IMG/VR virus record: IMGVR_UViG_3300033076_001413
Span: 1 to 27,183 of that record
Length of the DNA: 27,183 nt
Strand: one strand, 5' to 3'
From: a virus
Taxonomy: Duplodnaviria; Caudoviricetes
Shown: in pieces, positions 7,034 through 15,559 of the stretch
How positions within the stretch are numbered: position 1 is the first letter of the stretch
Layout of the letters: every line of letters starts with the position of its first letter
The notes under the pieces: generated by a model
Seen by the model: the letters and a program-made list of their open reading frames with translations, nothing else
Databases searched by the model: none
Told to the model about the DNA's origin: nothing
Program-made: the position numbers and the translations under genes

Positions 7034-7432
7034 ATGATCAAGACGAAGGCCAAGGGACGGCCGGGGCGGAAGGGGAAACCGCTGGCGCCAGTGGAGCCCG
7101 GAGCGGCGCTGGTGGAACACTTGGAGGCCCGCTGGCCCCAGGCGTTCACGGAGCCCAAGGTGGAGGTGGTGACGGCCGCGGCCATCGCCACGGCGCCCCG
7201 CGAGGTGACGATTGACCGGTTGCTGAGGTCTGGACATGTGATGTCCATGCTGGGTATAAACCGTAAGCAACTGGAAAAGTTCATCGCATGTGGACTGTTG
7301 AAACCAAGGCGGGTGCCGGACCCGCATCGCCTGAGCGGACGCAACCGCGAGAAGCGGCGCGGCCGGCCGGGCGGGCTTATCTTCCTGCTGAGCGAGGTGG
7401 CGGGATTGACGGCGAAACTGCCGGGGGCGTGA
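7034..7432 (+). CDS. Putative excisionase/MerR-like HTH DNA-binding protein
   Basis: LLRSGHVMSMLGINRKQLEKFIACGLL...IFLLSEV resembles the HTH_17 pattern. Confidence 0.55.
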   Translation: MIKTKAKGRPGRKGKPLAPVEPGAALVEHLEARWPQAFTEPKVEVVTAAAIATAPREVTIDRLLRSGHVMSMLGINRKQLEKFIACGLLKPRRVPDPHRLSGRNREKRRGRPGGLIFLLSEVAGLTAKLPGA

Positions 7433-7457
7433 AGAGAAAGAGACACGAATTCCACGA

Positions 7458-7760
7458 ATGAACACGAATATGAAACAGAAGCGGGCGAAGGGAACGAAGA
7501 GGGCCGAGGCGAAGGAGTTGATTGACCAGTGGGGCAGGTTGCGATTTCTGGCGCTCAAGGCCGCGATGGATTGCCAGTTGACCACGCTACGCCTGGGCGT
7601 GTTGAAAATGCGCTTGGCGGAGGCCAGCAAATCCCCGTTGGCAGTGGCACTGCTGGCGGAGCTGGACATCACGCTGAAGGAACAGGAGCCCGTGGCAAAG
7701 GATTTGAACGAACTAGGCGACCGGATACTGGCGTTGCAAGTCAGGGTGAGTAATCCATGA
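7458..7760 (+). CDS. Hypothetical helical protein (start may be 7470)
   Basis: About 100 aa amphipathic-helix ORF flanked by a 19-bp inverted repeat. Confidence 0.6.
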   Translation: MNTNMKQKRAKGTKRAEAKELIDQWGRLRFLALKAAMDCQLTTLRLGVLKMRLAEASKSPLAVALLAELDITLKEQEPVAKDLNELGDRILALQVRVSNP

Positions 7761-7795
7761 AAATTCGTGCAATTCGTGTCTAACAACAAAACTTT

Positions 7796-9997
7796 ATGAC
7801 GAACACTACTTATGCAGCGACGGTCGATGGCGAGACGCCGGAGACGATTCACCAGACGCACGATGACGGCAGCCCGGCGGAGGTGACCACCGATGAACTG
7901 GCCCGGTTCAAGAGCGAGATTCAATATCTCACGGGCGAGAACGCGCGCGAAGTGGCGTGGCGGCGGCAGTGGGCGGATGACATCCGCTTTTGCCGGTGGG
8001 AAGGGCAATCCCCCACGGGCTTGAAGAAGGCCGAGGAATTGAACGGCGAGGAACCGTTTCCCTTCGAGGGCGCGCGGGACAGCCGCGTGCGCAGCGCCGA
8101 TTCACTGGTGAACGAACATGTGCTGGTGCTCACCAGCGCGGCGTTCGGCGCGAGCATCAACGTGAAGCCGATGGAAAGCCAGGACGTGGGATGGAGCGAC
8201 CGCATGAACACGCTTGCGCGTTACATGCTCTACACGCAGCTGGGCGCGGACTGGGTGCGCGAAATCTGGCGCGTGTGCCAATACCAGGAAGGCGATTCTC
8301 CCGCCGCCGCCGTGCTGGGCGTGTGGTGGCGCAAGGAAGAGGCGTTGCGCATGGAAACAGTGAGCATCGATACGATCATCGAGAAAGCGGCGATGGCGAC
8401 AAGGCCGCCGCAGGAGGAACTGCCGAAATTCGTGGCGGCGATGAAGGCGCTGTTTCTGGACCCGGCCCAGGAAGCGATGGCGGCGGAATGGTTGCAGGGA
8501 TTGTATCCGGACTTGAAGATGCCCAAGGCGAAAAGGGCGGCCCGGCAATTGCGAGAGCAAAACGAAGCGTCCTTCCCGGTGCGTTACGTGGCGGTGAACC
8601 GGCCGGAGGTGTGCGCGTATCGATTGTTCCAAGACATCTTCGTGCCGCTGAACACCAGCCAGCCGCGGCGGGCGCGCTGCTATTTCCTGCGCGAATGGTT
8701 GACGGAAGTGGATTTGCACGCGCGGCGGGTGAGCCATGGCTACAGCGAGGAGTTTGTGAAGGAAGTGCTGTTGCACGAGGGCAAGACGGCGTTCCAGATT
8801 TACGAGCGCAACGCGGTGAGCGGCGATGGCGTAAACAATTTGCAGTTTGTGCAACAGAGCGCGGATCTGCACAAGGGCGAATACGAAGTCATCACGGCGG
8901 TTTACAAGGCGGTGAACGAGGATGGTGTGCCGGGCATTTACACGGTGCCGTTCTCGAACTTCGTGGAGTTCGCCGCGAAGGACCGCGAGTTGCAGGATTA
9001 CGCGCACGGGGAATATCCGTTTGTGTGGTTCAGCCGCGAGATTCTGACCAACCGCGTGGTGGACAGCCGCGGTGTGCCGGAACTGGAACAGACCGACCAA
9101 CAGCTGGAGAAGTTTGTGTTCGACAGCTTCAGCGACAACGCCAGCTTGGCCGCCCTGCCGATGATTGAAACGCCGCGTTCCCGCGGGAAGCTGCAACTTG
9201 TCATCGGACCGCTCAAGCAGCAGAAGGTGGATCGGCCGGGGCAGATCCGTTACATCGAAGCGCCGCAGTATCCGGCCGTCGTGGAGAAGCTGTTGCTCAT
9301 GCTGCGCGAACGGCGGAACGATTACTGGGGACGCATCGCCGCGACCACGCCGCCGGCCTTGACGCAGCTGCACCAGCAGGGACGCGTGAATTTGTTCCTC
9401 GCGTCGCTCAAGGATGCGATCAAGCAACTCCTGCAACTGTGCCAGCAATATCTTACGGACGAGGAATTGAAACGCATCACGGGCGCCAACAACATGGCGG
9501 TGGCGCGGAGCCGCGAGGAGATTCAAGGCATGTTCGATGTGGACATGAGTTTCAGCACAATCGGGCTGGACTTCGATCAACTGGTGAAGGTGGCGGAGGT
9601 GATTTCGCGTTACGTGTTGCCGATCGATTCGCTGAACACGGTGCAGCGCGATTTGCTCGTGCAATGGTTGCTCAACGCGTTCAACCCGAACTTGGCGGAC
9701 CGCGTGTGGCGTCCGAGTCAATCGGCCAACGCGGACGAGCAGAAGGACGAGAGCATCAACTTTGCGCGCATCGTGGCCGGGGACGAGCCGCCGATGCAGG
9801 CGGAGGGCCAGAACTTCGGGCTGCGCTTGCAGACGTTGCAGGACATCATCGCCAAGAATCCCGAGGTGGAACGCAAGCTGACGCCGCTGAGCCGGCAGAT
9901 GTTGGAGGCGCGGATGAAACATCTGCAAAACCAGGTGCAACAACAGCAGAACGCGGTGATCGGGGCGCGGGTGGGAGAGAGTGTGTTGGGAGGGTAG
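7796..9997 (+). CDS. Portal protein (P22-like size, Q-rich C-terminal coil)
   Basis: 733 aa, lies between terminase and scaffold/capsid; HGEYPFV.F and SRGVPEL portal-like motifs. Confidence 0.82.
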   Translation: MTNTTYAATVDGETPETIHQTHDDGSPAEVTTDELARFKSEIQYLTGENAREVAWRRQWADDIRFCRWEGQSPTGLKKAEELNGEEPFPFEGARDSRVRSADSLVNEHVLVLTSAAFGASINVKPMESQDVGWSDRMNTLARYMLYTQLGADWVREIWRVCQYQEGDSPAAAVLGVWWRKEEALRMETVSIDTIIEKAAMATRPPQEELPKFVAAMKALFLDPAQEAMAAEWLQGLYPDLKMPKAKRAARQLREQNEASFPVRYVAVNRPEVCAYRLFQDIFVPLNTSQPRRARCYFLREWLTEVDLHARRVSHGYSEEFVKEVLLHEGKTAFQIYERNAVSGDGVNNLQFVQQSADLHKGEYEVITAVYKAVNEDGVPGIYTVPFSNFVEFAAKDRELQDYAHGEYPFVWFSREILTNRVVDSRGVPELEQTDQQLEKFVFDSFSDNASLAALPMIETPRSRGKLQLVIGPLKQQKVDRPGQIRYIEAPQYPAVVEKLLLMLRERRNDYWGRIAATTPPALTQLHQQGRVNLFLASLKDAIKQLLQLCQQYLTDEELKRITGANNMAVARSREEIQGMFDVDMSFSTIGLDFDQLVKVAEVISRYVLPIDSLNTVQRDLLVQWLLNAFNPNLADRVWRPSQSANADEQKDESINFARIVAGDEPPMQAEGQNFGLRLQTLQDIIAKNPEVERKLTPLSRQMLEARMKHLQNQVQQQQNAVIGARVGESVLGG

Positions 9998-10041
9998 GGA
10001 AGAGACGCGGAGACGCGGAGAAACTAAGACACGGAGAAATT

Positions 10042-10455
10042 ATGAACTGGAAATTTTGGACTTGGCCGGGGGAGATACGGGATCTGCGCAATTTGCTGAA
10101 GCACTCGTATGACGCCAACCGGGAGATGGATGACATGCTGGTGGAAGATGGCCGCCGCGCGGCGCAACTGGTGATTGCGCGGCGGGCGCTGGCGCGGACG
10201 AAGGAACGGGGGTTGACGGATGAGGAGATGGCGGAGGCGTTCACGCATTTGCTGGAGAACAAGGGGTTCGAGGCGATTCTGCAATTGCTCACCAGCGAGG
10301 AGCTGGAGGCCGTGGATAACATGGTGGCCAACGGCACGACGTTCGAGCAGATGAAACATCACGCCGGCGCCGTGAGCGCGCTGAGCAACCTGCACGCGCG
10401 GCTGATTGAGCTGGAACAGCAGGCGAAGGAGATGGAGCGGAAGAAGGTGGCGTAG
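10042..10455 (+). CDS. Hypothetical protein following the portal
   Basis: GGAG upstream of ATG 10042; helical 137 aa protein. Confidence 0.65.
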   Translation: MNWKFWTWPGEIRDLRNLLKHSYDANREMDDMLVEDGRRAAQLVIARRALARTKERGLTDEEMAEAFTHLLENKGFEAILQLLTSEELEAVDNMVANGTTFEQMKHHAGAVSALSNLHARLIELEQQAKEMERKKVA

Positions 10456-10553
10456 GACATTTGATGTCCAATAGTGTCGAAATGTGGAAAAGTGTGTCGG
10501 AATGGCGGGGAGGGGATTGAAGGGGTTCACGCGCGGGCGGATAAAGCCTGCGT

Positions 10554-11609
10554 ATGCCAGATGCCACAGCAGCCGTCGCCGCCGAAAAAGAGATTGATGA
10601 TTCATTGCCGAAAGGCGCGGAAGTCGTCAGTGATTCGGATGAGATGATCGGCTCGTTGCTGGCCCGGTTCGGCATCGGACCGGAGCTGGGGGCAGACAAC
10701 ACCAAGGAAACCAAGGAAGCAAAGGAATCCGAGGTTCAAGCCGCCGCCACCGGCGACATCACGGACCCGCCGACGGAAAATCCGGCGGAGACACCGGCCC
10801 CGGCGGCTGATGAAACGCCGGCTGTCGTGACGCCCAAGGGTTTCACGCCGGAACAAGAGGCGGAGATTGCGCAGCGCATCGAAGCCAAGGCCAAGGAATT
10901 TGAACCGCTCGCCCAGGAACGCGATGAACTCGCGTCCACGGTGGAAGAGCTGCAAGCCAAGCTCGCGCAAATGACCGCTCCGGCGGCGATGCCGAAGGAG
11001 ATTGACCCGCTGCTCATTGAGGATGATTTCAACGCGCTGGCCAAGCAGGAAGCCGATGCGGAACGCATTCTGGAATGGTGCGACCAGCATGAGGATACCG
11101 GCTATGAGCCCACGCGCGAAGGCGAACGGGCGTTTACTCCCGCCGAGGTGCGCAAGCTGCGTCGCACGGTGGAGGCCAAGGTGAACAAGCTGTTGCCCCA
11201 GGCCCGCCAGCTGGCACAAGCCCGCGCGGCCAAGCGCGTGGAAGCGCGCAAGGCGTATCCCGAACTGTTCGATGGCAAGAGCGACGCCCACAAGATTCGG
11301 CTGGGCATGAAGGCAAAGGCGCCGTGGCTCTACGCGGTGTTTCCCCAATTTGATTTGTGGCTCGGTCACATGCTGGAAGGCGAAAAGGCGTATGCCGCAC
11401 GCCAGGCCAAAACGGTGCCAGCCCCCAAACTTTCCGTTCCTCCCAAGCCTCCCGCGCCGCCGGTGCTTCCATCGCCCGGCGGCGCTCCTCTGGCCACGGG
11501 AGCAGCCTCGCGCAAGGTCCGGACACCGGGCATTGACGCCAATGAATTTGTCAATCGCGGCGGAAGCCGTGATGCCTTGATCAGCGTGCTCCGGGAGAGC
11601 GGAATCTAA
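10554..11609 (+). CDS. Capsid scaffolding protein
   Basis: Acidic, Pro/Ala-rich N-terminus, coiled coil and Pro-rich C-terminus; directly upstream of the capsid gene. Confidence 0.75.
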   Translation: MPDATAAVAAEKEIDDSLPKGAEVVSDSDEMIGSLLARFGIGPELGADNTKETKEAKESEVQAAATGDITDPPTENPAETPAPAADETPAVVTPKGFTPEQEAEIAQRIEAKAKEFEPLAQERDELASTVEELQAKLAQMTAPAAMPKEIDPLLIEDDFNALAKQEADAERILEWCDQHEDTGYEPTREGERAFTPAEVRKLRRTVEAKVNKLLPQARQLAQARAAKRVEARKAYPELFDGKSDAHKIRLGMKAKAPWLYAVFPQFDLWLGHMLEGEKAYAARQAKTVPAPKLSVPPKPPAPPVLPSPGGAPLATGAASRKVRTPGIDANEFVNRGGSRDALISVLRESGI

Positions 11610-11633
11610 CCTGATTTAACCTCACTCACAATT

Positions 11634-12653
11634 ATGCCAGTCATCCAAGAAATCACGCAAAAGGGCCATCCTCGTTCGTTGGCCAACCTCATCGCCAACA
11701 TCGAGAGCGAAGGTTGCCCGTATCTCTCGATGATTCGCCGCGGCATGAGGCCCAAGCAGGCCAAGCATGAGTGGCAGGTGAAGGTTTACCCGCGCGTGGG
11801 CCACGGCGGCGTGCGCGATGGCGTGGATGCCACCACGTTCCAGAGCAACCCCCGCGAAGAACTCGCGGTGTATGCGCAGAAAAGCTGGTATAACCCCGGC
11901 GTCTCGGACTTCGCCGAGGAAGCGGAAGTGGCCGGACTCGCCAAGGGCGAATTTGCGGAGCAAGTGGCCGATGCCTTCGTGGCGGTGAAACGCATCCAGG
12001 AAATGCGCGCGCTGTCCAACAGCGACACCAAGCTGGAGAACGGCACCACCACGCCGTATGAAACGCGTGGCATCTTCTCGTGGCTGTCCAGCAGCGCACA
12101 AACCGCGTTGCCGGTGCCGGAAGCGTTCCGCGTTCCAACCGGGCAGATTCTTGGTTCCTCCGCCGGTGCCTCGCTGGCGGATTTCTCGGAGCAGAAATTC
12201 ATCGATGCCTGTGCGTCCAGCTACATCACCCGCAAGGGCACGTATGCCATGCACACGTTCCTTGGCGTGAAGCTCAAGGCGAAGTTCACCAACTTTGCCG
12301 GTTACGTGGACAACATTGCGAACACCACGCCGATCCGCCGTTACAACCAGGACGCCGACAGCAAGACGCTGGTGCGCGTGATCGACAAGCTGGTGCTCGA
12401 TTCCGGTGAACATCTCCTGCATCTCACGCCGTTCCTGCTGTGCGACGCCACGACCGGCCTCGACACCGAATACACGCACCGCTCCGGTTTCAGCGTGGAC
12501 CTGAACATGGCGTTCCTCGCCTACACCCGCGAGCCGCGCATTGTGAATTTGCCCTACAAGGGCGGCGGCAAGAAGGCGATCGTGGATACGATTTTCCTCC
12601 ACGGCCTCGAAAACGTGCAGGGCGGTATTGCGATGCAATACAACGCCGACTGA
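11634..12653 (+). CDS. Major capsid protein (SU10/DUF5309-like)
   Basis: 339 aa; HEWQ, GVD, Y.QK, VSD.AE, KR..E, TRGI..W pattern; strongly C/G-ending codon usage. Confidence 0.8.
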   Translation: MPVIQEITQKGHPRSLANLIANIESEGCPYLSMIRRGMRPKQAKHEWQVKVYPRVGHGGVRDGVDATTFQSNPREELAVYAQKSWYNPGVSDFAEEAEVAGLAKGEFAEQVADAFVAVKRIQEMRALSNSDTKLENGTTTPYETRGIFSWLSSSAQTALPVPEAFRVPTGQILGSSAGASLADFSEQKFIDACASSYITRKGTYAMHTFLGVKLKAKFTNFAGYVDNIANTTPIRRYNQDADSKTLVRVIDKLVLDSGEHLLHLTPFLLCDATTGLDTEYTHRSGFSVDLNMAFLAYTREPRIVNLPYKGGGKKAIVDTIFLHGLENVQGGIAMQYNAD

Positions 12654-12689
12654 ACAAAAGACCATCGCAACTCAACTGACGAACTGATT

Positions 12690-13148
12690 ATGGCTGCAAT
12701 TCTCGAACAACTGGGCCTCGAAGAGATGGCCGCGACCGGCGCCACGCACAAGGTGGTGGTGACGCACAGTGACCTGACGGAAACCACCGTTTCCACGGCG
12801 CAGACCCTGACGCCGATTACCGTCGCCAACCTGACAAGCTGGGAAACCAAGTTCGCCCTGTTGCGCGTGCCCTTCGCCAACACGGCCGACACGGGATTCA
12901 ACAGCGTGGCGGTGACCATGGGTGACGGCGGTTCGACCAACCGTTTCCTGACCTCCACTGAGCTGTGCGAAAACGGCACGGAGGTGGCGGTGAAAGTCGG
13001 CACCGGCACCACGCTGCAATACACCACGGATGACACCGTGGATCTCGTGTTCACCCCGGCCACTGGCTACGCGCTGAGCGCGTTGAACAAGGGTGAAGTC
13101 TGGTTCTACGGCGTGTTCCGTGACGGACGCGGCTACCCGACCCTCTAA
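12690..13148 (+). CDS. Putative capsid decoration protein
   Basis: Thr-rich beta protein directly after the major capsid gene. Confidence 0.5.
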   Translation: MAAILEQLGLEEMAATGATHKVVVTHSDLTETTVSTAQTLTPITVANLTSWETKFALLRVPFANTADTGFNSVAVTMGDGGSTNRFLTSTELCENGTEVAVKVGTGTTLQYTTDDTVDLVFTPATGYALSALNKGEVWFYGVFRDGRGYPTL

Positions 13149-13177
13149 GCAACAAACCGGGAACTGACCCCCACTGC

Positions 13178-13594
13178 ATGAGCAACATCTTCATCGGCCG
13201 TGAACCCATACCGGAACGCATCGTCGTTCGGGGACGGGATTTCACGTCCGAGGTGGTGCAAGTGCTGGAGCGGCGCCAGGCGGCGGCCATGAAACGGGCC
13301 GAATCCGAACTGGCGGCGGCACATCGCGCAGGCGGAGAACGCAAAACGTATTACTCCAAGACCTCCGGCAACGGGGGCGAAGTGACGGCGATGATTCATC
13401 CCGTGCACGCCGCGATGATGGTGACGAAGTTTGGCTCGGCCGAATGCCTGTCGGACCCGGAAATCATCCGCGATTACCAGAAACAGTTTCCCGCCAGCAA
13501 AGTGCGGTGCCGCAGCGCGAAAACGCAAGTCGGATGGACCGGCGGCAGCGGGCGCGTGGGCAAGAACTCAACCTTTCGCAAAATCTACAAATAA
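13178..13594 (+). CDS. Hypothetical protein
   Basis: 138 aa ORF in the late operon. Confidence 0.65.
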   Translation: MSNIFIGREPIPERIVVRGRDFTSEVVQVLERRQAAAMKRAESELAAAHRAGGERKTYYSKTSGNGGEVTAMIHPVHAAMMVTKFGSAECLSDPEIIRDYQKQFPASKVRCRSAKTQVGWTGGSGRVGKNSTFRKIYK

Positions 13595-13595
13595 C

Positions 13596-14084
13596 ATGAA
13601 ATCTCTCAAGACTCTCTCCCGTGTTGGTATCGCGTTCGTGGCGTTGATGGCGGCTGCGCCTGCTGTTCAGGCGCAGTCGTCCATCCGTAGCAACACGCTC
13701 GCGCTCATCACCAGCACCGTCACCGCTGGCGCGCAGTCCAACGTGTTCCGGCTGACGGCCGGCGCCCCGTTCACGGCACCGGCAGCCGTGGACCTTAAGA
13801 ACGCTCCGCTGGGCGTGAACATCTCGATTCCCGGCAACTGCCCGACCAATGCCTACGGCCAGATTGGCATCGGGTTCCAAACATCCATCGACGGCGTGAA
13901 CTACGGCAACAACCTGCTGTGGGCCATCCTGCCGGCGGGCTCCAGTGGCACGAACTTTGTCATCACCACGAACTTCAGCCAGGCGGTGCTCGGCAACGCC
14001 ACCCGCCTCAGAATTGGTTCGCAAACCAATGGCTCGGCGGCCACGGCGACGTTTACCAACGGCGTGGTGATTTCGTTCTACTGA
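13596..14084 (+). CDS. Signal-peptide-bearing beta-rich protein
   Basis: MKSLKTLSRVGIAFVALMAAAPAVQA-Q is a Sec-type leader; FQTSIDGVNY motif. Confidence 0.7.
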   Translation: MKSLKTLSRVGIAFVALMAAAPAVQAQSSIRSNTLALITSTVTAGAQSNVFRLTAGAPFTAPAAVDLKNAPLGVNISIPGNCPTNAYGQIGIGFQTSIDGVNYGNNLLWAILPAGSSGTNFVITTNFSQAVLGNATRLRIGSQTNGSAATATFTNGVVISFY

Positions 14085-14123
14085 GCCGCCGCGAGGCTTC
14101 ACCGCCGCAACTGCGAGAAATGA

Positions 14124-15161
14124 ATGCGCACGGTCACGTTCAAAAGTGTCCTGCACGGCACCGCCCGGATGCTGGGGATGAATCCCGACCGGCTCGACGC
14201 CATCAAGGCGGCGCAGCTGACGGAATACATCAACCAGCATGTGCGCTACGGCTGGCAGTGGGACTGGTGGCCCGAGTGGACGCGTGTTGAACAACGATTC
14301 TACCGCGCCGCGTGGGTTTCTGCGACGACTTATGGCGCACCTACCGCGACAACGCCCGTCGAAGTCTATTATCCGCCGGCCAAAAAGTATTACCAAAGCC
14401 TCCGCGCGAGTAATACCGGCAACGCCCCCGCCACCCTCTCCGGAGGTGAATACATTGAATCCTCCGCCTACTGGGCCGAGTGCGCCGCAGAATACGATTC
14501 CACGGCGTGGGCGGCGAACACGGCGTTCGCTGTAGGGGACCAGTGCGTCAACCCGGACGATCAACGGGCCTACCAGTGCCACACCGCGCACACCAGCGGC
14601 GCCACGTTTGACGCCACCAAGTTCGGTCTTCTCACCCCGTTCGACCGTTACATTGCCTACGAGCAGACTGGCCAGACGGTGATTAACCAGGTGAAGGACG
14701 CCTTCAGCCGCGACCCGCGCGTGTGGCCGCGCAACCCCGGCCGCTTGACCCAACCTAGCCGCAGCACCAACGGCATCCAGGCCGCCGAGAGCTGGCCGGA
14801 AAGTGTGTGGCTGCAATTCATCACCACGCCGCCGCAATTCACGTCCACGCCATGGGCCACGGGCACCAGCTATGCGGTGGGCGATTTGGTTTACTCGGCG
14901 CCCAGCACCTACATCTGCACCACGGCGCACACGAGCAGCGGTAGCTTGAACACCAGCAATTTCACGCTGGTGGAATTCCCGTATCTGCTGGGGGACTTCG
15001 TGAAACGCGCGGCGCAGGCGGACCAGCTGGAAGGCGTGAAGCTCACGCAACGCAGCCGCGTAAATGAAGACCGGGCCGGCGCCATGCTGGCCGATTTGTT
15101 CGACCAGGAATTTCCAACCCAAGGGCAGTCCACGACGGCCCGAGTCCAAACTTATGCGTAA
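14124..15161 (+). CDS. Putative head-tail adaptor with inserted CBM5/12-like repeats
   Basis: Helical N-terminus ...EYIN...W.WPEW; repeats of W...T.(Y/F)AVGD.V...Y.C..AHTS. Confidence 0.6.
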   Translation: MRTVTFKSVLHGTARMLGMNPDRLDAIKAAQLTEYINQHVRYGWQWDWWPEWTRVEQRFYRAAWVSATTYGAPTATTPVEVYYPPAKKYYQSLRASNTGNAPATLSGGEYIESSAYWAECAAEYDSTAWAANTAFAVGDQCVNPDDQRAYQCHTAHTSGATFDATKFGLLTPFDRYIAYEQTGQTVINQVKDAFSRDPRVWPRNPGRLTQPSRSTNGIQAAESWPESVWLQFITTPPQFTSTPWATGTSYAVGDLVYSAPSTYICTTAHTSSGSLNTSNFTLVEFPYLLGDFVKRAAQADQLEGVKLTQRSRVNEDRAGAMLADLFDQEFPTQGQSTTARVQTYA

Positions 15162-15558
15162 CGTCATCGTTTCCCTCTTTCTCGCGCTGAGCGCGTTCAC
15201 CATCGCCGCGCAATCCAGCCTCACGCCCGGCGTGGCCAAGACCAGCCCGACGCTGACCAACAGCTACGTGGTGGCCACAGGCAAGGTGGCGTGGCGCACC
15301 GTGCTGGTGAACAACGCCAGCGCGACGGATTACTACGTTCACATCTACGACAGTGCGACCAACCAGCTGGACAACGCCACGCCGGCCATTGCGGCGTTCA
15401 AGGTGACGGCCGGGCTCACCAGCTATTTCGATTCGGCCAACGGGCCGATCCTGTTCAACCGCGGGCTGCTGGTGGTGCAGAGCACCACGCCGACGACGCT
15501 GACCAACGTGAGCGCGGGCACGAGCGCGTTCAAGGTGACGGCCATTCTCAATCCCTGA
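15154..15558 (+). CDS. Signal-peptide-bearing small beta-sandwich protein
   Basis: MRNVIVSLFLALSAFTIAA-Q leader; start overlaps the end of the upstream gene. Confidence 0.7.
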   Translation: MRNVIVSLFLALSAFTIAAQSSLTPGVAKTSPTLTNSYVVATGKVAWRTVLVNNASATDYYVHIYDSATNQLDNATPAIAAFKVTAGLTSYFDSANGPILFNRGLLVVQSTTPTTLTNVSAGTSAFKVTAILNP

Positions 15559-15559
15559 C

